A stretch of DNA of 51,076 bases from Tubiluchus corallicola (taxonomy: Eukaryota > Animalia > Priapulida): positions 1 to 51,076 of the forward strand of contig JAQGDQ010001266.1 of the NCBI GenBank assembly GCA_030141605.1. Reading direction: 5' to 3'. Numbering within the stretch: the stretch's first letter is position 1; each line of letters opens with the position of its first letter. The notes beneath the pieces are model-generated. The model ran no database searches. It worked only from the letters and a program-made list of their open reading frames with translations, and was not told the origin of the DNA. Shown in pieces: positions 24,108 to 37,647 of this stretch. A program made the position numbers and the translations under genes.

Positions 24108-26619
24108 ACTTATACCTATATTACCTATTATGAATATCGTATGTTATAAAAGTCTTCTGTCAAACAAAGTCATTAGTAATGTGTTGATACTGTGTCGTAG
24201 AGAACACTCTCATTCTCGAACACCCGCCCCCATACCCCCACCCCGTTTAGACGGCTTAATTATAGATTATTATGTTAATTAGTTTATACAAGATGATTAC
24301 ATTGTTTAATATTGTTTGTTTGTTTTCATTGTTGTTTTGTGTAAGTAAATATTGCAAAATATATATGTACCATTGCAATTAATCGTTTTTCTCTTTTTGG
24401 CAGTTATTAAACACAAGTAAAACATATAAATACATATACACACATATACATGTATCTCTTTTATTCAAGCTTTTTCCGTTTTGGTTACTAAAGAAATTAT
24501 AATTTGTAACCTCGGATATTCAGCGCTTCTCCTCCTTTAAAGTGTCAAATTATCCTTCAAATTTTCACCCTTTCTTTACGGGAGGGTTGGGTGTAAAGGG
24601 GTGGCAAAGGGATGGGAAGTGAAAATAACTTAATAAGATAACAGTTGTTAGCTGTGATGGGTGGGGCAGTATGCGGGGTGTGAAGGCTAAGTTTTTGTTA
24701 TCATTTTTACATATTTAAGGAGTGTTAGACATTCGATACGACATGCAAACCAAATAGTTACTGCAATGTTCTTCATCTGTGCATTTTTTCGTGTTTATTT
24801 TTCACAATTTTGATTCATTGGTAATTTCACAGTTCTGCGCATGCGCACATTTAAGTTTCTAGTTCGTTTTATTTGCATTAGACCTTGTGCTAGCAGCATT
24901 ATCTTGTTTAGTTGATCGTAAGCATAATAATTGGGCACGCAAGACAAATGACTAAAACCACCTTTGATTTTAAGTAAAACGACTGAGCTTTGATTCTTGA
25001 GCAAATTAATGAGATGTTAGAAAAGAAAAATATTATATTAATATTCAGTTTGCATCCGCTCCTATAGGCGAAAAAGTCAACTGACTGGATACACCTGGAA
25101 AAATTTCAGGAAAGTTCCTTCAGGCCATCTTAATAGCATTTTTATAAACTTTTGCATTTTGGCCCGTTGTCCTGGGACACTAAAAGGTCAAGAAATGGCC
25201 CTGTATTTTGGAACCTTATCATTTCAGAAAGGTCGCAGATAGACACTTGGCTACTATCAGCAGCAACGAATAAACAGTTATATGTGGCCTTTCATTTAGT
25301 AGTACGATTAGTGTCCCAGGAACACACCAGGTGGCAAAAATGACGTCATCAGTACCCTCTAGCCATTTCATATTAAACTGTGAGATATTCAGTGTGTTGT
25401 ACTAAAACTAGGCGAGTTTTAAGATGAAATTCAAAATTTCAAATTTACCACTGCACTCACGTATGAGCTGTCGAACGTGTGCAGTTCGTCACAAACTAAC
25501 ACACCTGAACTGAGAGGTACAGCACCTGTTTATTCTGCAAAAACTTTTGGCCTACAGTTTTAGACTGGATCCGGTTTTTTTTACTATCTTAATGCAAGAT
25601 GTCAGCACAAAGAAAAATTCATATCCTGTAAGAGTGTAACTAATAAATGTGTTTAGCAAACGTCCAGTTAGATTGAATTTAATAAATTAGATTTGCAGCC
25701 TGTTTTCTGCATTAATTTTACTTGTTTGTCTGTCTGTCCGTTCGTACTTTAATCCGTTTGCTTGTTTGTTCGGTTATCTATGCGTACTCATTAGTTTTCT
25801 GTTTACTCAATTCTCTAGTTACTCACTCACTCACTAATTGACTCATTTACTGACTCGTGCACTCACCTACTCACTCACTAACTCAATCACTCACTCACCT
25901 AAAAACCTAACTCATTAAGTTACTCACCGAATTTTGTTGCTGAAGTTACAAAATTTTGTAATTTTTATGCACTTGTACATTTTCTTTTGTAATTTTTGTG
26001 TGATATGGTGTAGCTCTTGTCAGTTTTGTATTGGATATAAATATTATGTTTGAAATAAAGACTTTATTATTAAACCAAATCAAATCACTCGTGGGATTCA
26101 TCAAGATTCTGGAATACGGATTTCGGTCGTCTACCTGCTGAGCGAGGATGATTAATTATGACCCAGACATGGCTGAGACACCTCGGCCAGTTCAGTGCCT
26201 CATTTTATTGCATTATGCTTGATAATGAGGCGGTTTCCGGTCTCGCCACAGCTACCCAAATAGGTACGTCCTGTCGTTAAGCGTGGAGACCCGTAATGGG
26301 GTTAGATGGGTTAAATCACGTATCAAAAACGCTTTTGAAAGTGCAACTAATTTGACTTGTGTAACTAAAAATTTAACCATTAATTTGAAAACGTACAAAC
26401 TGATGTTTCTGTGCAAATCTGAAAGCTATTGAACTGTAGAGTCACCTGTATCATTACAGCTGACCGAAGGTCAAAGGTCAGTTGAAAATTACAAAAAAAA
26501 TCATTCATTCGTAAGGTGTGTTGGCGCTCTAAGCACAGTCACCAAGCTACATGAGCCATTAATCTTGGAAATGTAGAATTGGTGGACAAGCTATAAGGAT
26601 TGAATCAGGATAATCACAA

Positions 26620-26690
26620 GGGCTGAGTAATCTCGTAGTATGACGTTTGACTTGTAATTGAAAGGTCTAGGGTTCGAATCTAGGCTCACT
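26620..26690 (+). mobile_element. Degenerate tRNA-derived SINE head (similar weak case at ~19635-19690)
   Basis: B-box-like ctagggttcgaatctagg T-arm preceded by an anticodon-arm-like stretch; no complete cloverleaf. Confidence 0.3.
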
Positions 26691-27258
26691 TTCGGGTTTT
26701 CCAGAATTCTTTTCGATCTAGCAAGTTTGATTTTTAATTGTTAGTTTACGACATCATTAACAAATTATGTTGAAATTAAAATTACATTTAATTAGAACAC
26801 AAAGGTTTATTGTATAAGTTTTATAGTGCGTAAAATTAGTGTAAATCAAGACAACCTAAACATGAATCATCAGTTCACTTTTGACGTGTGTGGTAAACAG
26901 TATAGCTTTTGATTACAAAAGCATAAAACTCTCTTTGAAAGTCAGGAAGTAATTAATGCAAGCAGTTGGATGCAGCATCACAGATGCACACCGATGATGA
27001 ACAAACCTTTATCCATCGCGGGAGATTCCCTTTTTGTCATAATGAGGGTTTCTCTTTTACTTTAAGCAGAACGTTGCATAGATAATAAAAACTATTTTAT
27101 GTTATAAAATATAACGAAACTAATAAAATGAAAATGTCTTAAATGTAACTACGTTTCTCTTTTTCGTTATTTCCTTGGAAGAAGCTTAAAAATCATTTGC
27201 TATTAATTTGTTTACGTATAAAATCTTTTAAAGTCAAACTTTGTGTTTTAATAAGTAA

Positions 27259-28685
27259 TATAGGTTTTACATGTCAAATGTAGACCTGCGTTAACTCGAA
27301 TATAGATTTAGGTGATTCAAATGTGTCTTGGTAACTCAAATGTAGATTTAGGTAGTTCAAATGTGTTAACAATGGTTTTCAACAAATCTTAAGCGTTTTT
27401 GGTAGGTCAAATGTAGACACATGTCAAGTCAAATGTGACATTGGTATCTCAAATGTGGATAGGTGTTAAAGTTTAAGGATGTTAAATTTAATCTTCTTTA
27501 ATTTCAATTTAATTAAAATAAACAATGTTTCTTGAGAGAAACTAATTCATTAATGCAGTGCTAATGCATTACTTAAAAAACTAATTAGTGATTCACTGTT
27601 CATTGGGAAGTGGGAACCGATTTATTCTTTTCTACCGACGTTGTAGTTTATCAAAGAATTTCGTTTGAGAATAAACAACGGATTTTTCAAAGTTATTTGA
27701 ATTTGAATTTGGTTTTATCTTTTCATCGAAATTCCTGTGTCTACATTTGACTTACCTAAGTCACATTTGAACTTTCCTGTGTCTACATTTGACTTACCTA
27801 AATCACATTTGAACTTTCCTGTGTCTACATTTGACTTACCTAAGTCACATTTGAACTTTCCTGTGTCTACATTTGACTTACCTCACATTTGAACTTTCCT
27901 GTGTCTACATTTGACTTACCTAAGTCACATTTGAACTTTCCTATGTCTACATTTGACTTACCTAAATCACATTTGAACTTTCCTGTGTCTACATTTGACT
28001 TACCTAAGTCACATTTGAACTTTCCTGTGTCTACATTTGACTTACCTAAGTCACATTTGAACTTTCCTGTGTCTACATTTGACTTACCTAAGTCACATTT
28101 GAACTTTCCTGTGTCTACATTTGACTTACCTAAGTCACATTTGAACTTTCCTATGTCTACATTTGACTTACCTAAGTTACATTTGAACTTTCCTATGTCT
28201 ACATTTGACTTACCTAAGTCACATTTGAACTTTCCTATGTCTACATTTGACTTACCTAAATCACATTTGAACTTTCCTGTGTCTACATTTGACTTACCTA
28301 AGTCACATTTGAACTTTCCTATGTCTACATTTGATTTACCTAAGTCACATTTGAACTTTCCTGTGTCTACATTTGACTTACCTAAGTCACATTTGAACTT
28401 TCCTGTGTCTACATTTGACTTACCTAAATCACATTTGAACTTTCCTGTGTCTACATTTGACTTACCTAAGTCACATTTGAACTTTCCTATGTCTACATTT
28501 GATTTACCTAAGTCACATTTGAACTTTCCTGTGTCTACATTTGACTTACCTAAGTCACATTTGAACTTTCCTGTGTCTACATTTGACTTACCTAAATCAC
28601 ATTTGAACTTTCCTGTGTCTACATTTGACTTACCTAAGTCACATTTGAACTTTCCTGTGTCTACATTTGACGTGTAAAACCTATA
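27259..28685. mobile_element. TIR element whose right subterminal region has expanded into a 42 bp tandem array
   Basis: Left tataggttttacatgtcaaatgtagac, right gtctacatttgacgtgtaaaacctata (27 bp inverted, 1 mismatch). Confidence 0.8.
27733..28671. repeat. 42 bp minisatellite, ~22 copies (two related 21 bp halves)
   Basis: Unit tttcctgtgtctacatttgac-ttacctaagtcacatttgaac. Confidence 0.97.
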
Positions 28686-29063
28686 ATTTAAACTACTTTC
28701 TGTAACTTCTACTTCTGTTAGTAAGTTGCTTTCGTAGTTTTATTGTACATAATAATGCGATGATCTTTTCAGTGTATAATTCACCTGATATAACTGAAAA
28801 AAGTGCTCGAATTAGACTAATATTTTAATTTCAAAACAAATAGCTAATCCATAAATTTTTTGTGTATAAATTATTTTATTTAACTATCAGTTTAATCTGT
28901 CTAATGCAATTAGATTTAAAACTTTTTAATGAGACACTTTGCCTCTGAATACGTCACAACACAATCGAAATTATTTTCATTATTATCAGCAACTGTTCAT
29001 TTTAATATCATTAATCAAACTTGCGCTGTTGTAATGTGTGATTTTAATGTGTAATTAACTTAT

Positions 29064-29520
29064 TTAAATGAAGACAGGATGATTTTTCGTTTGGTATCCC
29101 ATTCTCATGTCCGATGAAAACTATACATTTTAACACAAATAATACTGCTAAAGCGTTTCTGATAATTAAATAATAGATTAAAATCTCAGTTAATGGCAGG
29201 TGATCCCAACTATTGATGACATCACAAACTAACATAATTTTCAACATCAAAAATATTTGCAAAAGCGAAAATTGAAGTACAGTGCTACTGCAAGATATTC
29301 AGTGTGTCGCACTAAACCTAGGCTAGTTTTAAGATAATGAATGGAAAAATGCATGTAACAGCTAACAACTAGTGGCGCGAACGTGAAATTGTGTTTGTGT
29401 GGTAATGATTCTTTAGTGAAAGTCTTTTTTTAAAAAATAAAATGTTTCCTTTCAATATTTTAAAGAGTAGATTGTGTGTTTTGACCTGCAGTTTAAGATT
29501 GGATCCGGTTTTGCTTTGAA
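29064..29520 (+). mobile_element. MITE family B copy with internal deletions
   Basis: ttaaatgaagacaggatg ... ggatccggttttgctttgaa. Confidence 0.8.
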
Positions 29521-30627
29521 ACTGCCTCCTGCTTGACTAACTGCATGGGTTAGACGCTCACGGGTGGACTAAGACCTCAAGAACCCCTAAGCACTGAAAT
29601 GATTATGGTACCTCCATGCATGTGCAATTCAGAATAAAAACAATACCAAACTGTAAAATGAAATTAAAATGAAATTAAATTGAAATTAAAATGCAAAATA
29701 AAATGAATCTCGATGATCATTAAACAAACACAGAAACGGCCATACATGTTTAGTTTGGATAATTGTTCGATTTGAAAAAAAAAACTGTCTGGGTCCCTCT
29801 TCCCATGATGCTTTAAAAATACGTGAATATTATCCTTAATAGCTAATCCAGGGCTGGAAGCATTTTTGTCCTCCAATCCTATTGTGTCTATGTAAACATA
29901 ATTTTCTATTGCTTTTTTATCTTTATGAGTGCAAAGAATTTGATTTTTGTTTCCAATAGATGGCGCTACTTATTTTACGTAATCTTGATTACTTAACGTG
30001 GATTTGTAAAACAGAAATTGAACTGCTAATGAGACTGTTATCTTCCGTTGCACAGCGTTGCATGTCTAATCCTACTACATTATACACCAGACAATAGTTT
30101 AATAAGACCTTTCACAGTTTCGTTGTGCGCACGCGCAGTTGCTGCAGGTCAACGCTTTAAGTCTACCACAGCAACGGGTCTTAACAACAACCGGCACGTG
30201 ACATGTGGGTAAAGCCAAGCCTTCTGCCACATCAGTTTAGTAACTTCAGTTGTTTTACGTGGACTTTACTTAATTATGCATTAGTCTGTGCATAGACTAG
30301 CAGGATCTTACTTGAGAACAAGAAAAAATGAACTAGGTAAAGTTCTAGCTAGTTGTTAAAACTGTTACTATTAGAATAGCATGGGGTGAGCTGTTGTCAA
30401 GTGTATACAAATGCGTTGTCTGGTACACTTGACCGTAACCGTTGACATTTTCACCATCATCATCAATCAGGATGATAGCAATCGCTGTTATGAAGTTGGG
30501 GTTTATGGGCAACTCACTTGCAAATAACTCTATAGAGTGGTTCAACTGTCATGATGTTCTCATTCATGAAATACAAAAATTTGTCATTTGCTCATTGTGC
30601 GGCAAATAATGCGTAATAAATCTTCAT

Positions 30628-30832
30628 AAAGTTGGATTGTAATGGCGGCTGTAGACAAAGTTTGATTGTAATGGCAGCTGTAGACAAAGTTAGATTGTAA
30701 TGGCGGCTGTAGACAAAGTCGGATTGTAATAGCGGCTGTAGACAAAGTTGGATTGTAATGGCGGCTGTAGACAAAGTCGGATTGTAATGGCGGCTGTAGA
30801 CAAAGTTGGATTGTAATGGCGGCTGTAGACAG
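30628..30832. repeat. 29 bp minisatellite, ~7 copies
   Basis: Unit gttggattgtaatggcggctgtagacaaa. Confidence 0.92.
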
Positions 30833-31065
30833 ATAACTATTATCTGTTAACGGGTAGGCTATTGCCATCACTTCAGTCATGTTATTAAGCGTGGCCACAA
30901 AGCAATTCTTTTTTGAAAAAATTATTTCCGTCCAAGATGTATCGTTTCAATAGGAAAAATTCTTTGAGCAGATGATGTCAACAGCAGCACAATACTGCGT
31001 GCTAATTATACGAAGATGCTTTTAATAAAATCCACAGGACAAAGATTAATAAGCAACCACCAGAA

Positions 31066-31141
31066 TGAGGGAGAGAGATCGAGAGAGAGAAGGAGCGTGG
31101 TGAGAGGGAAAAGAGAAAGAAAGACAGGACAAAGATGGGAG

Positions 31142-31174
<33 letters not shown>

Positions 31175-31217
31175 GAGAGAGAGGGAGGAAGAGAGAAAGA
31201 GAGAGAAAGAGAGGGAA

Positions 31218-31301
<84 letters not shown>

Positions 31302-31356
31302 AGAGGGGAGAGGAGAGAGAGGGGAGAAGAAAGGAGAGGAGAGAGAGAGGAGAGAG

Positions 31357-31405
<49 letters not shown>

Positions 31406-31626
31406 GGAGAGGGAAAGAGAGGGAGAGGAGAGGGAGAAAGAGAGAGGGGAGAGAGAGGAGAAAGAGAGAAAGAAAGAGAGAGAGAAAAAGAGAGAGGGGA
31501 GTGAGACGTAGACGGAGATGGGGAGAGAGTGAGAGAGAGAGAGAGGAGAGTGAAAGAAAGAGAGAAAGAGAAAGAGAGAGGGGAGAGAAGATGAGAGAGA
31601 GGAGAGAAGGAGAGGGAAAGAGAGAG

Positions 31627-31682
<56 letters not shown>

Positions 31683-31740
31683 GAAAGAGAGAAAGAGAGA
31701 GAGGGGAGAGAGACGTAGACGGAGATGGGGAGAGATTGAG
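31066..31740. repeat. GA-rich polypurine low-complexity tract
   Basis: Direct reading; gagacgtagacggagatggggagag occurs twice. Confidence 0.95.
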
Positions 31741-34271
31741 AAAGTGTGAAATGGTCGTGATTTTAAAATGATTTTCCTGTTCAGACGAGGCGTTTAAAAC
31801 ACTTTTATTATTAATCTACTAAATATTTTGTCGCAAGTATTTAAAAATGTCTAACTTCCCATAAGACTTGTTCTTTCCTTTAAATGAATCTTGGCAAAAC
31901 GAAGCAAGATTCATGCAGCTTTGAATTTACACGCTCAATATTATCACCTTTGATATTTCACCACTGTGATTCTTGACTGCTCAGTTGATAGAGAAAACTG
32001 TGCACAAATTAGGCAAAATATGTCAAATAGCACTAATTAGGCGCGCTGCTGGCGAGTCTTATGAGCACATCTTTGCAAATTAACTGCAGAAAAATCACTT
32101 TCTTACACCACTCAGCAAGAGATAAGTACACTGCAGTTCTTCAGTATTAATTAATGAAAGATGAAGCCACTAGTGACGAATAAAACTACAGAGCAAGTAT
32201 TGCAAAGTTTCCACTTGAGATTGGATACAAACTAAAAACGTGCATCATGTGATAATCCGTTTGGCCTAAAATGCTGTAAATGTGTTTATGTCAGAATGGC
32301 AAGATTATCACTTGAACACTGGTGCTAACACACCATAAATACTTAAAAGAAACAACAAGCTTTATTTGATCTAAGGCTGTGGGTCGGGTCCCCGGCGAAC
32401 TTCCTTAACGCGAGAATCTAACATTATCAGAACAGATAGACAAACGACCAATTTGCTATAAACTCAATATTATTTAACATAAGAAAAACACATTTGAGAA
32501 TTAATAAACAAATATATACTACGAGTTATAGTTTAGCTACTGTCTTAAACTTTACCCGGGATTTTGAATGTATCACAAACACCATAAACTGTACTTATCG
32601 TGAGTCTATGTGCACACGTTGGCTAGCTAGCTTAACCTCGTCACTGTCGCTGTCGACGGCGGCGTATACTGGAACAGTCTGACGGTAGGCTTCCCAAACG
32701 GTAACTTCAGGGTCAGACAATTAGGTGACATCAGGCGTGGCATTAACTCCATCAACTGAGGAATGCGCTGTATCAAGTCCAGCGTATCTGAAGGCACTGA
32801 CAGGAAGACTGACCACAGGCTGGTTCTCTGAGAACTACGAATAGTCCATTTCACGACTTGGTCTCCTCCACCATAAACAATAAAGTCTCTAGGGGCTTCC
32901 TAAATAACGGACAGCCCAGGATCACAAAGACTGAGTACAACCTTTGTAGAAGTACTCTGTTTCTGCTGAGGAAATTCCTTTAATAAATGCAATATTATCC
33001 TTTAAACCAAGAATTGATAAAACACAAGTAGAGCAACCATATTGCAAAGCCACACTTTTTACACCTTGCTCTGTGGCCTCGTTTCTCCAGGTAAACCTGT
33101 TTGCTCTCAGCTGAGTGGCTGCATATCATGTAAATGTTGGTTCATCACCTAAACCTGACCAATCAAACAGGTTATAAAGAGTAGCAGCTATGAATAGTAC
33201 AGCCTTGATTTCTGACACAGGTACTTCTCGGGCGTACTTAGTTAGTTATTTTTTGTGCGAATGTATTTTGTTCCCCTAGTTCTATAAGTGCTGATAATAA
33301 ACTCCGTACAGTGTAAATTTTGTGTCTAATTTGTGAGAGTTAAATGACGTGCTATAACAGGTATATGCTATTAGTTTACAGACATTAACTTAGTTAATTA
33401 GCATAACATTTATAATTAAAATTAACATTTATAGTTGAGTAATCAGTTCCACAACGATAGTAAAATGGATCTTGATGATGCGCAATATCAAGACCGCCGT
33501 GCCATCTTGGAGTTCCACCCCCTGAATCGAATTTAGTTCAATACTGCATTTGTGTGCGTTCTCGGGTCTGTTTTACCATATTTTGCTCTAGAATAGAATA
33601 TTATTCAGTATTATGCGTTTCATTTGCTTTGTGTTTGGAATCTTTATGTATTTTTCTCTAAATCGACTAAAACAACTTTTCCTGAACCAACTGAAATTAT
33701 CACTAAATTTCTTATCTGTTCAGATTTTGTACGGCTGTTCAGTTTGCATTAAATAATTTGCCAGTAAAAACTTTGCAACAGGCGACAAAACTGGAAAAAA
33801 ATGGAACAACGTTTTGCAGACATAAAACAGGGAGCCATTAAATTTGGCGCACCAGCTGTTCACTTGTGACGTCATTTCGCACAGGGCAGTTAATGTTACT
33901 TACCGTATTAATTACCGTATTAATGCAATAAAGACATTGGAATCGCTACGTTTTGCGTTTTCTAGATCTTTCTAGAGCAACTAAAACGATTCTTAAACTT
34001 TATTCAATTAGTAGGACGATGTCAAATTAAAATTAAACCGTCAGACGTATTGAAATTCTATACACATATCGTACTACAGTATATCAATGTACAAACAAGA
34101 ACAGTAGGCCTGATTCACTAAAAGATTGTTTCCTCTAGTAAGAAAATTTTAATGCATTACAACAAATACTCTCTCACAGACTAAAATCAACTCCACTCTC
34201 AATTTCGTTCATCAATCGCAGACATATTTCATCCTTGTAGGGTAAAGAAGCCACTGAAACCCCTACAGGTA

Positions 34272-35650
34272 GACCCAGTGCGCCATCTGTATGCTGAAAT
34301 TGAAAACAAACATGCTATATTTACGACAAATAAAGTTAGGCAGCTGATTTAGCTTTTGATTCACTAAAAACGTAGGGGTACACCCAGTGCGCCATCTGTA
34401 TGCTGAAATTGAAAACAAACATGCTATATTTACGACAAATAAAGTTAGGCAGCTGATTTAGCTTTTGATTCACTAAAAACGTAGGGGTACACCCAGTGCG
34501 CCATCTGTATGCTGAAAATGAAAACAAACATGCTATATTCACATCAAATAAAGTTAGGCAGCTGATTTAGCTTTTGATTCACTAAAAACGTAGGGGTACA
34601 CCCAGTGCGCCATCTGTATGCTGAAATTGAAAACAAACATGCTATATTTACGACAAATAAAGTTAGGCAGCTGATTTAGCTTTTGATTCACTAAAAACGT
34701 AGGGGTACACCCAGTGCGCCATCTGTATGCTGAAAATGAAAACAAACATGCTATATTCACATCAAATAAAGTTAGGCAGCTGATTTAGCTTTTGATTCAC
34801 TAAAAACGTAGGGGTACACCCAGTGCGCCATCTGTATGCTGAAAACGAAAACAAACATGCTATATTCACATGAAATAAAGTTAGGCAGTTGATTTACGTT
34901 TTGATTCACTAAAAATGTAGAGGTAAACCCAGTGCGCCATCTGTATGCTGAAAATGAAAACAAACATGCTATATTAACTTCAAATAAAGTTAGACAGCTG
35001 ATTTAGCTTTTGATTCACTAAAAATGTAGAGGTAAACCCAGTGCGCCATCTGTATGCTGAAAATGAAAACAAACATGCTATATTAACTTCAAATAAAGTT
35101 CAAGGCCGTAGTCGGCGGTCCGGCCTGTCCGGCCATGGCCGGACCACTTTTTCTGCCATACGTGCCTAGACATTCTCAGCCCTGCGTAGAGTAAAAACTT
35201 ATTTGCGGAGTACGATGACTCAAACTAGACTGAACAATCTCATGACTTTGCATGTACATATGGATAGAACAGACGCTCTCGACCTGAAAGATTGCGAACG
35301 AGTTTACTGCGAGAAATGAGCGGCGCAGATGTGTGTTTGGGAAGTTTTAATCAATCATGTCATCATTAAGTATGTGTAGTGCTCTATTATATTATAACTC
35401 TGTATTATAAATTATAATATACTCTTCTATATGTTGCTGCTGTATTCTTTTTCTACCTGTTCCGTATCTGTGGCCGGACCACTTTTCAAAAGCCGACTAC
35501 GGCCCTGAAGTTAGACAGTTGATTTAGCTTTTGATTCACTAAAAACGTAGAGGTAGACCCAGTGCGCCATCTGTGCGCTGAAAATGAAAACAAACATGCT
35601 ATATTCACATCAAATAAAGTTAGGCAGTTGATTTACGTTTTGATTCAATG
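34272..35650. repeat. 109 bp tandem repeat (~9 units), partly a 218 bp dimer, interrupted by a hAT-like element
   Basis: acccagtgcgccatctgtatgctgaaa recurs every 109 nt; identical ORFs at 34336 and 34554. Confidence 0.95.
35101..35507 (+). mobile_element. Internally deleted hAT transposon with 5 bp TSD
   Basis: TIRs CAAGGCCGTAGTCGGC / GCCGACTACGGCCCTG, AAGTT duplicated on both sides, internal remnant LRRVKTYLRSTMTQTRLNNLMTLHVHMDRTDALDL...ANEFTARNERRRCVFGKF* typical of hAT dimerisation C-termini. Confidence 0.88.
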
Positions 35651-35970
35651 AAAAATTGTAGAAAAGTAAATAGATGCGATTTCATGGAAATTCTACCCAG
35701 TTGAAGGAAGTTTCCTTGGCGTAGGGACCGCTGTCAGTCGGACTTTGGTCAGCTATACACCTGGTCACGTCCACACTGACCATACAATAGCGTTTAAGGT
35801 GAATGAAGTGACACTTGTTTTTAGAAAAATGTAACTACAGCTAAGTAATAAGCTACACAAGCAAAAATAAGTGAAAATGAGAACACACAATGCATCATGG
35901 AACTGAAATAATTCTTTCCCTGTAACCACCAAATGTGTGAACAGATGTACTACAACTTCTCCCCCCTCTC

Positions 35971-36027
<57 letters not shown>

Positions 36028-36559
36028 GGCGTCCACAAGTCACGTGGCCCGATAATTTCAGGTACGTCACGTCGCTACTCTTTGCGCAGTGATATAAACA
36101 TCTATGAAAGAGGGACTCTATAGGGTCCTAGAACTGCATTGCGCTGCCATCTTTTGGCAGTTTTTGTAATATTTTCCACCATGCATATAGTTAAAACAAT
36201 AAGAATTATTATTATACTATTTAAATGATCCAAGAACGTTGTGAACAATGACCATGTATTTACAACGTACTTGACCTAATCCAACAGCCTGTGTATAACA
36301 AGTGCCAGAACAATATTTTCTTTTTTACAATGATAGTTTTGTTTTAGCTACAGATTCAGATTCACGTTCATTTTATTTCCCATTTTGTGATACATATCAC
36401 ATTTTTAATTGTTACTACATTAAGAAAGTACAATTCAAGGAAAGGGTGGCGAAAAACTAAACAGTTATTTAAATCAGCCCCCTTATCATGTTTATCACAG
36501 AAGCCCATAAAGATTATCATACATTAATTATTCATTTTTAAATATATAAATAATTTAAG

Positions 36560-36770
36560 TATTCCATTCAGAGTAACAGGTTGGCACTACTCAAAAATTC
36601 CGGATTTAAAGGCCAGAACATTTAATTTGAAACAAACATTCACTTTGGAAACAATTCAATAGCAAAAAACATCGTCCAGCTCTGGAATTCGCTGACAGTC
36701 GAAATCAAAAGTGTTAAATGATTAACCGCATCAAAACCAAATTAAAACCATTAATGATGTCAAGATTTGA
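36560..36770 (+). mobile_element. Very degenerate LINE 3' fragment
   Basis: Reads ...NSIAKNIVQLWNSLTVEIKS, a WNSL motif typical of L2/CR1-group C-termini. Confidence 0.45.
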
Positions 36771-37247
36771 AAATGCGCAACTTACCAATATGACAACTTA
36801 CACACTAATGCAGAATTCATTTACCCCAGGCCATATTAAACTATTTAATTTTGCTCATAGTAAGTTTGAAAATATATGAAATATGTGAAGTTTAAGTTTG
36901 AAGTTGTATTTTACTTTTTCTGTACCTGTAGTTTAGTTCCTGCACTGATGCATTTGTCTCCAACAGTGTATGGTTTTTAACTATCACTGATTGAGCATCT
37001 TAATATTCTGTAATCATTCTCCATATATTATGGCAAATAAATATGTTACTATTCTATACTGTTAGTGAAGTTTATTGTGTTAGCAAATGAGTGTATAATT
37101 TTACATTATGTATGTAATCAATATAAAAAAATTATCAAATCAAAAACAAGCAACTACAAACAGGTAATTAAAAAAAAAGTTGTCATGGCACTAAAATAAA
37201 AGAAATTTTAATATTGAATTATCCATATTTGGCAAATAGATGTAACA

Positions 37248-37616
37248 ACATCAAATTGAAATTTATTGCATACCGGTTTTAAACCAAACTGTTCATAGTC
37301 AAGGCATCTAAAACAAAGAAATTTACCAGAATTTAGAAACAACGTTGAAATACAATTCAGTAGTTAGATAGCTAAAAGATATATGACATAATATTATATA
37401 GATAATTTAACAATTTATCTTTACCTAAACATGTAATCTGTAAGGTAAATTATTAAATTATCTATATAATATTATATTATATATCTTTTGGCTATCTATC
37501 TACTGAATTGTATTTCGATGTTGTTTCTAAATTCTGGTAAATTTCTTTGTTTTAGATGCCTTGACTATGAACAGTTTTGTTTAAAATCAGTCGACACTAG
37601 ATTTCATTTTGATGTG
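37248..37616. repeat. ~370 bp hairpin (fold-back MITE-like), ~170 bp arms
   Basis: aaactgttcatagtcaaggcatctaaaacaaagaaatttaccagaatttagaaacaac is mirrored at ~37520-37577; loop ~37420-37442. Confidence 0.9.
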
Positions 37617-37647
37617 ATTTTAACATCATACAGTTTTACTGAGTTAA

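Noticed and set aside
26620-26690. Functional tRNA gene
   Set aside because: T-arm/B-box only; acceptor stem and D-arm do not pair convincingly.
27889-28677. 262-aa ORF of NFPVSTFDLPKSHL repeats
   Set aside because: Translation of a 42 bp array inside a TIR element; no start context or splice support.
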